A stretch of 64,000 bases of DNA from NCBI GenBank assembly GCA_002269645.1, contig NIVC01001096.1:248001-312000 (forward strand), written 5' to 3'. Below are positions 11,099-24,600 of the stretch, one piece after another. The DNA comes from Macrostomum lignano. Its lineage: Eukaryota. The notes under the pieces were generated by a model. That model did no database searches and was not told where the DNA came from. It saw nothing but the letters and a program-made list of their open reading frames with translations. How positions within the stretch are numbered: the stretch's first letter is position 1; the number at the start of each line of letters is the position of its first letter. The position numbers were made by a program, and so were the translations under genes.

Positions 11099-12434
11099 AT
11101 GGCTTTGATCAATTGGAAACATCTTCCCTGCGAATCGTTAGATGGAGTTAGCGACAGTGAACTGAGCTTTATTACTGCGCTAAGTTATACTGATCACCAT
11201 GGCGACACCGATCTGCAGAATATTATTGGCTTCCTCACGGATCTGCAGGCTAACTCGGAAGATGATGTTTCCGGAGTCAAATTGCCAGAATTACCTGAGT
11301 CTGTGGCTGCCGACATGGACCAAGGCGAGTTAGACTCGCTACCGCGCTCCACCCAAGAACAAATGATGCAACAGGGAAGTCGATTCATTGCCTTCATGCG
11401 CAAGCATACGACCAAAGAAGTACAAAGCATGACTAACGAGAAGCTAGGAGAGTATCTTCGTTTCTATTATTTTGGACTAAAGAAATCTGATGGAAGTCTG
11501 TATTCGCCTGCTACCCTTGTATGCATTCGAGCTAGTGTGCAGCGTTACCAAAGAAAGATACTCAAAGATGCAGACAGACATTATGAATGGGCCAGAGTTT
11601 GAAGCGGCGAACAGAATGCTTCGAGTGAAAGTTCGTCATTTCAGCGTTGAGGGTGCAGGAGTTGTTCAACAGTTTCAGCCTATTGAGGACGGAGACCTTC
11701 GAAAAATCAGGCAGCATTTTGACAGATCGACCGCAGAAGAACTTCAAGATGAGGTAGTTTTTGTCATTTTCTATACTCTAGGAGAGAGGCCAGGAGCATT
11801 TGGAGTCGATTCGAAAACGTGGGGCACGGATGGGCACAGCTACCTGAAGCTTCCGCCTTTGCCAACTAAAAACCAGTCTTCGGATCCGACCAAGTGCAAG
11901 GGCAACGTTGCAAAGCAGAGTCGCATCTATGGAGCTGAGAGAGATCTTATTCTTCACTACCAGTTATTGTTGCCAGAAGGAGACAATTTCTTTCCACGAC
12001 CACTCGCTAATGCTTCTAATGGAGTCTTGAGGTTTTCTAGTCGCCAAGTGCGTGGCGTCAACTGGTTGTGCTCATTCATGGGACATCTCAGTGAAGTGTG
12101 TTCGCTTTCGCAGCGATACACGAACCATTGCATTCGCGTCACGCGCATCTCGGACCTATTTGTCAGCGGTCACAGCATGGACGAGATAATGGCCGTTACC
12201 GGACAACGTAGTGAAGCTACGGATGTGAAAAGTCTGTCAGCTGCAAGTGACAGCACGCTGGATAGTTCGTTGACTACACCATTCAACAATTTAGCAGGTA
12301 CTTCGTTTATTACTTCACCAGCCGGTAGCACAGTGGCCGTTTCAGTAGCGCAACAACAATTGGATGTGAGTACAGCAGTGCGTAAGCCGATGTTTGCCAA
12401 CTGTAGCTTTTCTAATTGTACTTTTAATTTATAA
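11099..12434 (+). pseudogene. Crypton-type (DUF3504-like) tyrosine recombinase, degenerate
   Basis: Two overlapping ORFs (frameshift ~11560). Motifs LRFYYFGLKKSDGSLYSPATL..IRAS, DIMNGPEF..AN, PIE..DL.KI, LQDEVVF, GVNWL..FM..LS, YTNHCIRVT (H-x-x-R), IMAVTGQRS. The second His is replaced by Gln and no catalytic Tyr follows. Confidence 0.82.
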
Positions 12435-12929
12435 TAAGTTAGGCTTCGACATCAGATTAATAGACACTTCGTATTTGGACAGTGACAAAGTTTGCTTTTG
12501 AGACCCTTTTTTCTTTTGCATGATTTGTTTGTCAATGCTTAATCCCGATCCGAATCTTCTAATTTCTTAAAATCTTAATCTTCTAATAATGTTAGAAATC
12601 CCAATCTTCCAATGCTAGGAATCCAAATCTCCTACTACTAGGAATCCCACTCTCCAAATTCTAGTAGTCACAATCTCCCAATCACTTTAATCACACCCTC
12701 CTTTAATCAAATTTATTTCAAAATACAAAATTTACGCATAGTTTGCTTTATTATATCATTGTTTGTTGTACCTGTACGCATATTTCATATCTATTTATGC
12801 CATTCTCAATTGCCTAGTGTATCTATCGTCATTTTTGTTAAATAAACTGTTAACTGATTATTCAGCAAGTTTTGTCTATGGTTGAAATTCGCTTTGGAAG
12901 TCTGAAATAATGGCGTTTTTTGGACAATC

Positions 12930-15240
12930 ATTAAGACTCGGGTGGGCCATAGAACAATGGAGTCTTGGGGGTGTTGAGGACGTCCTTTGGGACATCGACG
13001 GCGGGCATGTAGATCGGAGCCGCCATGCGAGGGCGGTGATTGGCCAGCGCCGGCCATCCGGAGTCTGGAGGTCGAAGCTTACAAGATCCGCGGTGACAGG
13101 GCGCCTGGACTCTGCATGAAGGTAGAGGCTGCAATCGTAAGCTTCCTGGCGGCCTTGAGACCAAGCTTGCGAGCGAGAGTAGAGAGTAGGCGTGAGAGTC
13201 CTTTGGGTTGACGGCCATTGGGGCGGAGGGTCGCCATGATGGTCGGAACGAGGCCTCCGTTCGCTAAGGCAGAGACGAGAGAGTGGACTGTTCCATTGGA
13301 GTTTGCATTTCCAACGGCAGCGTTAAGGTGGGCGTTTGAACGAGGAATCGACGAACGTTGATTGGAACTCGCAAAGGTGGCTTCTGGAGATTAGTGTGGT
13401 GCAGCCCATCGCACTCGTGGCATCGTCGGGTGTCACGGCAGTCTCGAGTGTGGTGTCGGCGGAGGCAGTTGCGGCAGAGATTTTTCTTTCGGACAATCTT
13501 GAGGCGATCATGGGGCTTCCGCACCTCGCTGCAGGACATGGCGATGTGGTCGGAGCTGCTGGCGGTCGGTGGGCGCTTGTGCTGCGAGTGGATGGTGGCC
13601 GGGACGCAGCGTTGCTCGGAAGACTGGCGGAGGCAAATGCGCAGCTGGCACTGTGCTGAGGCGGCTCTGAGGGTCTTAAGCTTGCAGTCAAGATGGTCCT
13701 GGAGCTCTGCCATGATGGGCATGAGAGGCTACCTGTTAGAAGCGCGAAGATTGCGGATCTCGCTTTGTAATTCAAGCGGCAGGCGGCTCCAGAGCGCGTA
13801 GACGTCGCTGTCGAGGGTGCAGGCAAGCTCGCCGAGTCGAAGAAGCTGGCCAGTGGCCAGGCGGAGGGCATCCGTGAATTCCTCGAGCTCACCAAAGTTG
13901 GAAGCAGAACTGCAGTGAAGGGCGAGGAGACGCTGGAAGGAGGCGTTCTTTTGCTCCTACGTGTTGGAGTAGTTGGCCTGGAGGACACGGCAGGCCTCAG
14001 CGTAGTCGTTCGGCTGGTAGCCGTCGAAAGCACCGAGCTTCTTGAGAGCGGAGCCGGAGAGCAGACAGCGGAGTGCCTCGTATTTGTCGACGTCGTTAAG
14101 GCTGGAGCGGTCGACGCGGTATACGAAAGCGTCCCAGAAGCCCAGAATTGCAGCAGGGTCGGGCAATGCGTTCTTGAGAATGGTGGAGCGGATGAGCCCG
14201 GCCGGATCGTGAGCATCTGATGCGGGCGTTGAGGCAACTGGTGTCGAGGCAGGACGGATGGTGGTAGCGAGCTGTTGCATGGGCTGCTGGTTCTGCTGCA
14301 TCATCGCGGTCATGGAGGCGAGGAGGGCTGGTCACGCCGGGTGTAGCAGGAGAGGCGGCAGAGATCGGTGCAGCGGCCTGAGCAGCAGGAAGAGCCATTG
14401 CTCCGGCTGAAGGAGTGGTGACGGGCCACTGAGGTGGAAAGGCGATTGCTGGTTTCCCTCAATTGGCCACGCTGATTGCTGTTCCCACTGACGGCGTGGA
14501 AGGCTTCTGTGGCGGACTGTGCAGAGTCATCTTCAAGCAGACCTCCTCGAGGAAAAGTGCGGCTGCGAGGACCATCCTAGGGGATCAGACCCTGGCGATG
14601 CATCTGGTCACACAGGGAGCCGCGGCCTTCGATTGGTATCATAGCAGAGATGGCTGCGGAATTCGATGTTAGCACATCGAGTCTTCCTGGGCTCGCAGTA
14701 GGTGCTGAAAGAGGGCCTTGGAGACGGTGCCAGCAGGCATAAAGGCGGAGTCTAGACAGGGACGGCGGAGATGACGCAGCAGGCAGTGCATCGGAAGAGT
14801 TCGGAGCTGTGCATCTGGCGAGAGACATTTGCGCAGATAATATAGAGTCGTCGATGAAGATAGTTTTCGTAGTGGTAGTCACTCTCTGCTGTGAAGATCG
14901 TTGTGGTGAATCTTTTAAGACGGGCTGGTTGGCAGGTTCTTAACCACGCTCTACTCCCAAATTGGCCAAGTGCTGATAGGACGACAAGTAACGAAGAATG
15001 AGCTAACTCTTGGCAGAGGCTATATTTAGCAACAGGCGGGCAGTGAAAGACCAGGCTTAAATTTAAAGGTAACAAAACTGGACCTCTTCGTGTGGCACGC
15101 GCACGGAGAGGCCTAAAATATCGATCGTGAAACTATTATACTGTACGGACCGCTCTAAATACGCGCACAACAAGCACAAGGTAAAACGACCCAATTGGGG
15201 GCCACACCAAACGCAAAAATACACGGAGAAGAAAGGAAAT
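12930..15240 (-). mobile_element. BEL/Pao LTR retrotransposon fragment (gag + degenerate protease), decayed
   Basis: DUF1759-like FWDAFVYRVDRSSLNDVDKYEALRCLLSGSALK..DYAEACRVL..NY. BEL zinc knuckle NLCRNCLRRHHTRDC...RCHECDGLHHTNL. Stops and frameshifts; no RT. Outer boundary approximate. Confidence 0.82.
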
Positions 15241-15279
15241 AATACGAATTTTGTCAGTTTATAGGCGTAAATCTGACAT

Positions 15280-15490
15280 GTGGACACACCCTATAGACAC
15301 TCACCCTATGGACACTCACCCTACGGACACTCAAATTATGGACACTCTACGGACGCTCAAATTATGGACACTCACCCTACGGACACTCACCATATGGACA
15401 CTCATCCTATGGACACTCACTCCTCTTATGGACACTTAAATCCTGGACACTTACCTTCTGGACACTCACCTATTGACACTCACCTATAGT
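15280..15490. repeat. ~15-bp minisatellite (GGACACTCACCCTAT); mirror at 22040-22250
   Basis: Read directly from the sequence. Confidence 0.85.
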
Positions 15491-15919
15491 GTTCCATCCT
15501 ATGTATTCATTTAATAATATACTGTACAAGTATTTACCTACTCAGTTTATCAAATTGTCGGCAGAAAGAAAATCAAAAAAATGATAATAAAATATAAAAA
15601 CTCATAAAGGTTTCCAGCTATGAGCTATTCGCGTACTAAAGACTTGTTTATTTGACTTCCAAAAAGTTGAACTTTTTAGAAATTTTTAATAGCTACTACT
15701 GAAGAAACAGCTTTTTAAGAGCCTGGCTAAAATATGTACTTAGGAAAATAACTTGATCCAAAAATCCATATTTTTGGCGTTATAACTGCTATAACTCGCG
15801 ACCAGCTATAGCTTCAGTTAGCGAGAAGAGGCGTCGCCATGGATTTTATGGTAGAGGGACAAAGCCAAGAATTCAACATGTACATGCACATTATATTCAG
15901 CATCGGTGTTGTCACCGCT

Positions 15920-16395
15920 CACTTGGCGCCGCAGACTCATTTAGTGCCACAGATACTTATTTTGGCGCCACAGCCACTCATTTCAGCGCAGCAGGCACTC
16001 ATTTTGTTGTGCAGTCGCGCATTTTGGTGTCAATGGCACTTAGTTTAGCACCACAGACACTCATATTGGCGCTACGGACACTCATTTTGGCGCCACAGAC
16101 ATTCATTTTAGCGCCGAAGACTCTCGTTTTAATGCCAGAGACACTCATTTTGGTGCCGAGGGCACTTATTTTGGTGCCGCAGACACTCACTTTAGCGCCA
16201 GACACTCACTTTAGCGCCACAGACACTCAATTTAGCGCCACAGACACTCACTTTAGCGCCACAGACACTCACTTTAGCGCCACAGACACTCACTTTAGCG
16301 CCACAGACACTCACTTTAGCGCCACAGACACTCACTTTAGCGCCACAGACACTCATTTTCGCGCTTGCCGCGGACACTCATTTTGGTACCGCAGA
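15920..16395. repeat. 21-bp minisatellite (TTTAGCGCCACAGACACTCAC), degenerate to pure; mirror at 21133-21608
   Basis: Read directly from the sequence. Confidence 0.9.
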
Positions 16396-16967
16396 CACTC
16401 GTTCAATATTTTATAATCCATGATAAAGCATTTATTAAACAATAAGAAACCTCGTGCTTGCAAGACGTCACAGAATGCTCACTGCTTGCACAGTGATTGG
16501 CAGGTGCTCTTAGCTACTGTATATTTGAATTGTCAAACAGCACTTACAACTTAAATGTGATCAGTTTCCCTATCTTAAATCTGCAGATAAGACTAATTGC
16601 TAAATATAGTTACATACCTGTGATGAGAATTTGCAATCCTGCTACAGAAGAAGCACATTGATTTAATGCTTACAGAAGCCTAACTGTATAATACAGCTGT
16701 TTATGAAGAGCAAAGGAGATTAGACCAGGGTCTAAAAACAAAAAGGTATCCTGACAGAGTCGCATGTCCCTCAGCAGAAAAGCTACGAGCCCGGTGCTTA
16801 AACATGCAGTGATTCCTCATTGGCATTTTTATAGGCGCTTGCAGTTGTCCAATCACGGGAGCATGACCTGTTGTGAAAAAGATAAACAGTGAATGAGTGA
16901 GCTGACCTTGCAACACTTTCACTGCAGGTTCCACCTGACTTGATGCAGACTTTCTAAAGAGACACTC

Positions 16968-17290
16968 CGACACTGAGACACTGAGACACTGAGACACTGA
17001 GACACTGAGACACTGAGACACTGAGACACTCAGACACTGAGACAGTGAGACAGTGAGACACTGAGACACTGAGATACTGAGACACTGAGACACTGAGACA
17101 CTGAGACACTGAGACACTGAGACACTGAGACACTGAGACACTGAGACACTGAGACACTGAGACACTGAGACACTGAGACACTGAGACACTCAGACACTCA
17201 GACACTGAGACACTGAGACACTGAGACACTGAGACACTGAGACACTGAGACACTGAGACACTGAGACACTGAGACACTGAGACACTGAGA
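16968..17290 (-). repeat. (TGTCTCAG)n satellite of a truncated WSC cassette (3' part only, 16405-17290)
   Basis: Read directly. 16405-16968 mirrors 20560-21123. Confidence 0.95.
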
Positions 17291-17579
17291 CTTTTGAGTA
17301 AACCTCAAACCCCTTGCACTCCAATAAAAGTGCACGGCTCCGCATGCCCATATAGCTGGTGTTAGCCATAGACAATCGCGGCCCTCAGACGCTGCCAGTG
17401 AGACAGGAATCGCTTTGTACAGAACTGTCTGTGGCTGCAGCTCAGCAGCTGAGAGGCTCGCAATCGTTTTTGTCATCCTCGGAGCGAAGGTCCACTTAAC
17501 AGAAAAGTTTACTGTAAGTCGAATTCGACATCTCAAGCTTTAAGTACAAAGGGATTCTGCTGCTTTTTCTGCATTGGAA

Positions 17580-18945
17580 ATGTCTGTCAGACGTCTGCTG
17601 CTTCTGAGCTGTCTTGCTGCAACACTGCTCTGCGGGCTGGGCTGCTCATCTGCCAAGAAAAGTAAGTCAATTCGATTCAACTCGAATCCACCGCCTGTCT
17701 GCTTACTCCATGTTAACTCCCCGCATTGCCCACACCTGCTCCAACTCACACGGCCTGCCGCCTAACCCAAGATAAATTCCCATTGTGTTCTTATAACCTA
17801 ATTGCCCCATTTATTCGACCTCTCATCTCCCCGTCTTTCCAGCCCCTCTGCAGCCCCTCTGCAGCCCCTCTGCAGCCCCTCTGCAGCCCCTCTGCAGCCC
17901 CTCTGCAGCCCCTCTGTAGCCCCTCTGCAGCCACTCTGCAGCCCCTCTGCAGCCCCTCTGCAGCCACTCTGCAGCCCCTCTGCAGCCCCTCTGCAGCCCC
18001 TCTCCAGCCTCTCTGCAGCCCCTCTGCAGCCCCTCTGCAGCCCCTCTGCAGCCCCTCTGCAGCCTCTCTGCAGCCCCTCTGCAGCCCCTCTGCAGCCCCT
18101 CTGCAGCCCCTCTGCAGCCCCTCTGCAGCCCCTCTGCAGCCCCTCTGCAGCCACTCTGCAGCCCCTCTGCAGCCCCTCTGCAGCCCCTCTGCAGCCCTCT
18201 GCAGCCCCTCTGCAGCCCCTCTGCAGCCCCTCTGCAGCCCCTCTGCAGCCCCTCTGCAGCCCCTCTGCAGCCCCTCTGCAGCCCCTCTGCAGCCCCTCTG
18301 CAGCCCCTCTGCAGCCCCTCTGCAGCCCCTCTGCAGCCCCTCTGCAGCCCCTCTGCAGCCCCTCTGCATGCAGTCACTTCAGCAAGAACCGCTCGTCAAA
18401 TTTCAGAGAAAGAAGAGAGAGCTTCACCACTATCTCTTTACTCCAAACGTAAGTGAACGATTTTTCATAATTTTCATTGACTACTCTGTCCATAGCAACA
18501 GTGGGGTGCCTCCTTTCTTTTTGTCTCGCATCTCACTGCCCCACCATCTCTCTGTGTCACTGCTTCGCTGTCTCACTAAACCATGCATAACTGTTGTCAA
18601 TGAGACTTTGTGCTCAAATTATTTTGCTATTAATTTTTTTTTACAGCGAAATATGTTGGCTGCTTTTACGGGCACGGCAAGTTCCTAAGAGAGGGCCAAA
18701 AGTCTAAGGACATGACGGTCGAGCACTGCGCTTATCTGTGCACAGCATATGTAAGGGACAAAACTGCATTCGGCTTAAGTAAAGGAGAATACTGTTACTG
18801 TAGAGACACTAAACTGCTTAACCGAGGGACAAAAATGGATGATCACTATTGCAATCGCCGTTGTGGAGGAAGCTACACACAGACCTGTGGAGCCGACAAC
18901 GACTCATTCGCCTCTGTGTACACCTATCACCGATTGCAGGACTGA
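17580..18945 (+). CDS. Secreted single-WSC-domain protein, copy A3 (exon 1 17580-17661, exon 2 18647-18945)
   Basis: Same exon structure and GT-AG sites as A1/A4. Lies in the spacer of the palindrome. Confidence 0.88.
17840..18368 (+). repeat. 11-bp minisatellite (CTGCAGCCCCT)n in intron 1 of WSC A3, ~48 copies
   Basis: Read directly from the sequence. Confidence 0.97.
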
Positions 18946-19009
18946 GTTTCCGCAAGCCAAGTGAGTGGCCTTTTTATACTTGTAGACCCATTAGTCTCGG
19001 TCTCAGCAC

Positions 19010-20565
19010 TGTGTCTCAGTGTCTCAGTGTCTCAGTGTCTCAGTGTCTCAGAGTCTCAGTGTCTCAGTGTCTCTGTGTCTCATTGTCTCATTGTCTCAGT
19101 GTCTCAGTGTCTCAGTGTCTCAGTGTCTCAGTGTCTCAGTGTCTCAGTGTCTCAGTGTCGGAGTGTCTCAGTGTCTCAGTGTCTCATCGTCTCATTGTCT
19201 CATTGTCTCACAGTCTCAGTGTCTCAGTGTCTCATTGTCTCATTGTCTCATTGTCTCATTGTCTCACAGTCTCAGTGTCTCAGAGTCTCAGTGTCTCAGT
19301 GTCTCTGTGTCTCATTGTCTCATTGTCTCATTGTCTCATTGTCTCACAGTCTCAGTGTCTCAGTGTCTCACAGTCTCAGTGTCTCGGTGTCTCAGTGTCT
19401 GAGTGTCTGAGTGTCTCAGTGTCTCAGTGTCTCAGTGTCTCAGTGTCTCAGTGTCTCACAGTCTCAGTGTCTCAGTGTCTGAGTGTCTCAGTGTCTCAGT
19501 GTCTCAGTGTCTCAGTGTCTCAGTGTCTCAGTGTCTCAGTGTCGGAGTGTCTCAGTGTCTCAGTGTCTCAGTGTCTCAGTGTCTCAGTGTCTCAGTGTCT
19601 GAGTGTCTTAGTGTCTCAGTGTCTCAGTGTCTCAGTGTCTCAGTGTCTCAGTGTCTCAGTGTCTCAGTGTCTCACTGTCTCAGTGTCTCAGTGTCTGAGT
19701 GTCTCACTGTCTCACTGTCTCAGTGTCTGAGTGTCTCACTGTCTCAGTGTCTCAGTGTCTCAGTGTCTCAGTGTCTCAGTGTCTCAGTGTCTCAGTGTCT
19801 CAGTGTCGGAGTGTCTCAGTGTCTCAGTGTCTCATCGTCTCATTGTCTCATTGTCTCACAGTCTCAGTGTCTCAGTGTCTCACAGTCTCAGTGTCTCAGT
19901 GTCTGAGTGTCTCAGTGTCTCAGAGTCTCAGTGTCTCAGTGTCTCTGTGTCTCATTGTCTCATTGTCTCATTGTCTCATTGTCTCACAGTCTCAGTGTCT
20001 CAGTGTCTCACAGTCTCAGTGTCTCAGTGTCTGAGTGTCTCAGTGTCTCAGTGTCTCAGTGTCTCAGTGTCTCAGTGTCTCAGTGTCTCAGTGTCGGAGT
20101 GTCTCAGTGTCTCAGTGTCTCAGTGTCTCAGTGTCTCAGTGTCTCAGTGTCTCAGTGTCTCAGTGTCTCAGTGTCTCAGTGTCTCAGAGTCTCAGTGTCT
20201 CAGTGTCTCTGTGTCTCATTGTCTCATTGTCTCATTGTCTCATTGTCTCACAGTCTCAGTGTCTCAGTGTCTCACAGTCTCAGTGTCTCATTGTCTCACA
20301 GTCTCAGTGTCTCAGTGTCTCATTGTCTCATTGTCTCATTGTCTCATTGTCTCACAGTCTCAGTGTCTCAGTGTCTCAGTGTCTCAGTGTCTCAGTGTCT
20401 CAGTGTCTCAGTGTCTCAGTGTCTCAGTGTCTCAGTGTCTCAGTGTCTCAGTATCTCAGTGTCTCAGTGTCTCACTGTCTCACTGTCTCAGTGTCTGAGT
20501 GTCTCAGTGTCTCAGTGTCTCAGTGTCTCAGTGTCTCAGTGTCTCAGTGTCTCAGTGTCGGAGTG
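19010..20565 (+). repeat. (TGTCTCAG)n satellite in the post-stop intron of WSC A3
   Basis: Read directly from the sequence. Confidence 0.97.
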
Positions 20566-22289
20566 TCTCTTTAGAAAGTCTGCATCAAGTCAGGTGGAAC
20601 CTGCAGTGAAAGTGTTGCAAGGTCAGCTCACTCATTCACTGTTTATCTTTTTCACAACAGGTCATGCTCCCGTGATTGGACAACTGCAAGCGCCTATAAA
20701 AATGCCAATGAGGAATCACTGCATGTTTAAGCACCGGGCTCGTAGCTTTTCTGCTGAGGGACATGCGACTCTGTCAGGATACCTTTTTGTTTTTAGACCC
20801 TGGTCTAATCTCCTTTGCTCTTCATAAACAGCTGTATTATACAGTTAGGCTTCTGTAAGCATTAAATCAATGTGCTTCTTCTGTAGCAGGATTGCAAATT
20901 CTCATCACAGGTATGTAACTATATTTAGCAATTAGTCTTATCTGCAGATTTAAGATAGGGAAACTGATCACATTTAAGTTGTAAGTGCTGTTTGACAATT
21001 CAAATATACAGTAGCTAAGAGCACCTGCCAATCACTGTGCAAGCAGTGAGCATTCTGTGACGTCTTGCAAGCACGAGGTTTCTTATTGTTTAATAAATGC
21101 TTTATCATGGATTATAAAATATTGAACGAGTGTCTGCGGTACCAAAATGAGTGTCCGCGGCAAGCGCGAAAATGAGTGTCTGTGGCGCTAAAGTGAGTGT
21201 CTGTGGCGCTAAAGTGAGTGTCTGTGGCGCTAAAGTGAGTGTCTGTGGCGCTAAAGTGAGTGTCTGTGGCGCTAAAGTGAGTGTCTGTGGCGCTAAATTG
21301 AGTGTCTGTGGCGCTAAAGTGAGTGTCTGGCGCTAAAGTGAGTGTCTGCGGCACCAAAATAAGTGCCCTCGGCACCAAAATGAGTGTCTCTGGCATTAAA
21401 ACGAGAGTCTTCGGCGCTAAAATGAATGTCTGTGGCGCCAAAATGAGTGTCCGTAGCGCCAATATGAGTGTCTGTGGTGCTAAACTAAGTGCCATTGACA
21501 CCAAAATGCGCGACTGCACAACAAAATGAGTGCCTGCTGCGCTGAAATGAGTGGCTGTGGCGCCAAAATAAGTATCTGTGGCACTAAATGAGTCTGCGGC
21601 GCCAAGTGAGCGGTGACAACACCGATGCTGAATATAATGTGCATGTACATGTTGAATTCTTGGCTTTGTCCCTCTACCATAAAATCCATGGCGACGCCTC
21701 TTCTCGCTAACTGAAGCTATAGCTGGTCGCGAGTTATAGCAGTTATAACGCCAAAAATATGGATTTTTGGATCAAGTTATTTTCCTAAGTACATATTTTA
21801 GCCAGGCTCTTAAAAAGCTGTTTCTTCAGTAGTAGCTATTAAAAATTTCTAAAAAGTTCAACTTTTTGGAAGTCAAATAAACAAGTCTTTAGTACGCGAA
21901 TAGCTCATAGCTGGAAACCTTTATGAGTTTTTATATTTTATTATCATTTTTTTGATTTTCTTTCTGCCGACAATTTGATAAACTGAGTAGGTAAATACTT
22001 GTACAGTATATTATTAAATGAATACATAGGATGGAACACTATAGGTGAGTGTCAATAGGTGAGTGTCCAGAAGGTAAGTGTCCAGGATTTAAGTGTCCAT
22101 AAGAGGAGTGAGTGTCCATAGGATGAGTGTCCATATGGTGAGTGTCCGTAGGGTGAGTGTCCATAATTTGAGCGTCCGTAGAGTGTCCATAATTTGAGTG
22201 TCCGTAGGGTGAGTGTCCATAGGGTGAGTGTCTATAGGGTGTGTCCACATGTCAGATTTACGCCTATAAACTGACAAAATTCGTATTAT

Positions 22290-24600
22290 TTCCTTTCTTC
22301 TCCGTGTATTTTTGCGTTTGGTGTGGCCCCCAATTGGGTCGTTTTACCTTGTGCTTGTTGTGCGCGTATTTAGAGCGGTCCGTACAGTATAATAGTTTCA
22401 CGATCGATATTTTAGGCCTCTCCGTGCGCGTGCCACACGAAGAGGTCCAGTTTTGTTACCTTTAAATTTAAGCCTGGTCTTTCACTGCCCGCCTGTTGCT
22501 AAATATAGCCTCTGCCAAGAGTTAGCTCATTCTTCGTTACTTGTCGTCCTATCAGCACTTGGCCAATTTGGGAGTAGAGCGTGGTTAAGAACCTGCCAAC
22601 CAGCCCGTCTTAAAAGATTCACCACAACGATCTTCACAGCAGAGAGTGACTACCACTACGAAAACTATCTTCATCGACGACTCTATATTATCTGCGCAAA
22701 TGTCTCTCGCCAGATGCACAGCTCCGAACTCTTCCGATGCACTGCCTGCTGCGTCATCTCCGCCGTCCCTGTCTAGACTCCGCCTTTATGCCTGCTGGCA
22801 CCGTCTCCAAGGCCCTCTTTCAGCACCTACTGCGAGCCCAGGAAGACTCGATGTGCTAACATCGAATTCCGCAGCCATCTCTGCTATGATACCAATCGAA
22901 GGCCGCGGCTCCCTGTGTGACCAGATGCATCGCCAGGGTCTGATCCCCTAGGATGGTCCTCGCAGCCGCACTTTTCCTCGAGGAGGTCTGCTTGAAGATG
23001 ACTCTGCACAGTCCGCCACAGAAGCCTTCCACGCCGTCAGTGGGAACAGCAATCAGCGTGGCCAATTGAGGGAAACCAGCAATCGCCTTTCCACCTCAGT
23101 GGCCCGTCACCACTCCTTCAGCCGGAGCAATGGCTCTTCCTGCTGCTCAGGCCGCTGCACCGATCTCTGCCGCCTCTCCTGCTACACCCGGCGTGACCAG
23201 CCCTCCTCGCCTCCATGACCGCGATGATGCAGCAGAACCAGCAGCCCATGCAACAGCTCGCTACCACCATCCGTCCTGCCTCGACACCAGTTGCCTCAAC
23301 GCCCGCATCAGATGCTCACGATCCGGCCGGGCTCATCCGCTCCACCATTCTCAAGAACGCATTGCCCGACCCTGCTGCAATTCTGGGCTTCTGGGACGCT
23401 TTCGTATACCGCGTCGACCGCTCCAGCCTTAACGACGTCGACAAATACGAGGCACTCCGCTGTCTGCTCTCCGGCTCCGCTCTCAAGAAGCTCGGTGCTT
23501 TCGACGGCTACCAGCCGAACGACTACGCTGAGGCCTGCCGTGTCCTCCAGGCCAACTACTCCAACACGTAGGAGCAAAAGAACGCCTCCTTCCAGCGTCT
23601 CCTCGCCCTTCACTGCAGTTCTGCTTCCAACTTTGGTGAGCTCGAGGAATTCACGGATGCCCTCCGCCTGGCCACTGGCCAGCTTCTTCGACTCGGCGAG
23701 CTTGCCTGCACCCTCGACAGCGACGTCTACGCGCTCTGGAGCCGCCTGCCGCTTGAATTACAAAGCGAGATCCGCAATCTTCGCGCTTCTAACAGGTAGC
23801 CTCTCATGCCCATCATGGCAGAGCTCCAGGACCATCTTGACTGCAAGCTTAAGACCCTCAGAGCCGCCTCAGCACAGTGCCAGCTGCGCATTTGCCTCCG
23901 CCAGTCTTCCGAGCAACGCTGCGTCCCGGCCACCATCCACTCGCAGCACAAGCGCCCACCGACCGCCAGCAGCTCCGACCACATCGCCATGTCCTGCAGC
24001 GAGGTGCGGAAGCCCCATGATCGCCTCAAGATTGTCCGAAAGAAAAATCTCTGCCGCAACTGCCTCCGCCGACACCACACTCGAGACTGCCGTGACACCC
24101 GACGATGCCACGAGTGCGATGGGCTGCACCACACTAATCTCCAGAAGCCACCTTTGCGAGTTCCAATCAACGTTCGTCGATTCCTCGTTCAAACGCCCAC
24201 CTTAACGCTGCCGTTGGAAATGCAAACTCCAATGGAACAGTCCACTCTCTCGTCTCTGCCTTAGCGAACGGAGGCCTCGTTCCGACCATCATGGCGACCC
24301 TCCGCCCCAATGGCCGTCAACCCAAAGGACTCTCACGCCTACTCTCTACTCTCGCTCGCAAGCTTGGTCTCAAGGCCGCCAGGAAGCTTACGATTGCAGC
24401 CTCTACCTTCATGCAGAGTCCAGGCGCCCTGTCACCGCGGATCTTGTAAGCTTCGACCTCCAGACTCCGGATGGCCGGCGCTGGCCAATCACCGCCCTCG
24501 CATGGCGGCTCCGATCTACATGCCCGCCGTCGATGTCCCAAAGGACGTCCTCAACACCCCCAAGACTCCATTGTTCTATGGCCCACCCGAGTCTTAATGA
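22290..24600 (+). mobile_element. BEL/Pao LTR retrotransposon fragment (mirror copy)
   Basis: ORFs 23215..23571 and 23806..24264 are identical to the minus copy. Confidence 0.82.

Larger units (their letters stand above)
7875..17290 (-). repeat. Left arm of a large inverted duplication (centre ~18764)
   Basis: About 20 ORF pairs have identical translations and coordinates summing to 37528 (e.g. 11099..11602 with 25926..26429; 16009..16416 with 21112..21519). Confidence 0.97.

Noticed and set aside
11099-12434. Active recombinase that inverts the palindrome, or programmed -1/+1 frameshift expression
   Set aside because: Besides the frameshift, the second catalytic His is Gln and the Tyr region is missing, so the copy is dead regardless of frame.
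11099-12434. DIRS/Ngaro retroelement or domesticated KCTD1/ZMYM/QRICH1-type gene
   Set aside because: No adjacent RT/RNaseH in the same element (the neighbouring gag is BEL-type), and no BTB or MYM domains; the frame is disrupted.
22470-22495. Possible PBS of the BEL fragment (TGGTCTTTCACTGCCCG)
   Set aside because: Only a partial resemblance to BEL PBS sequences and no paired LTR in the window.
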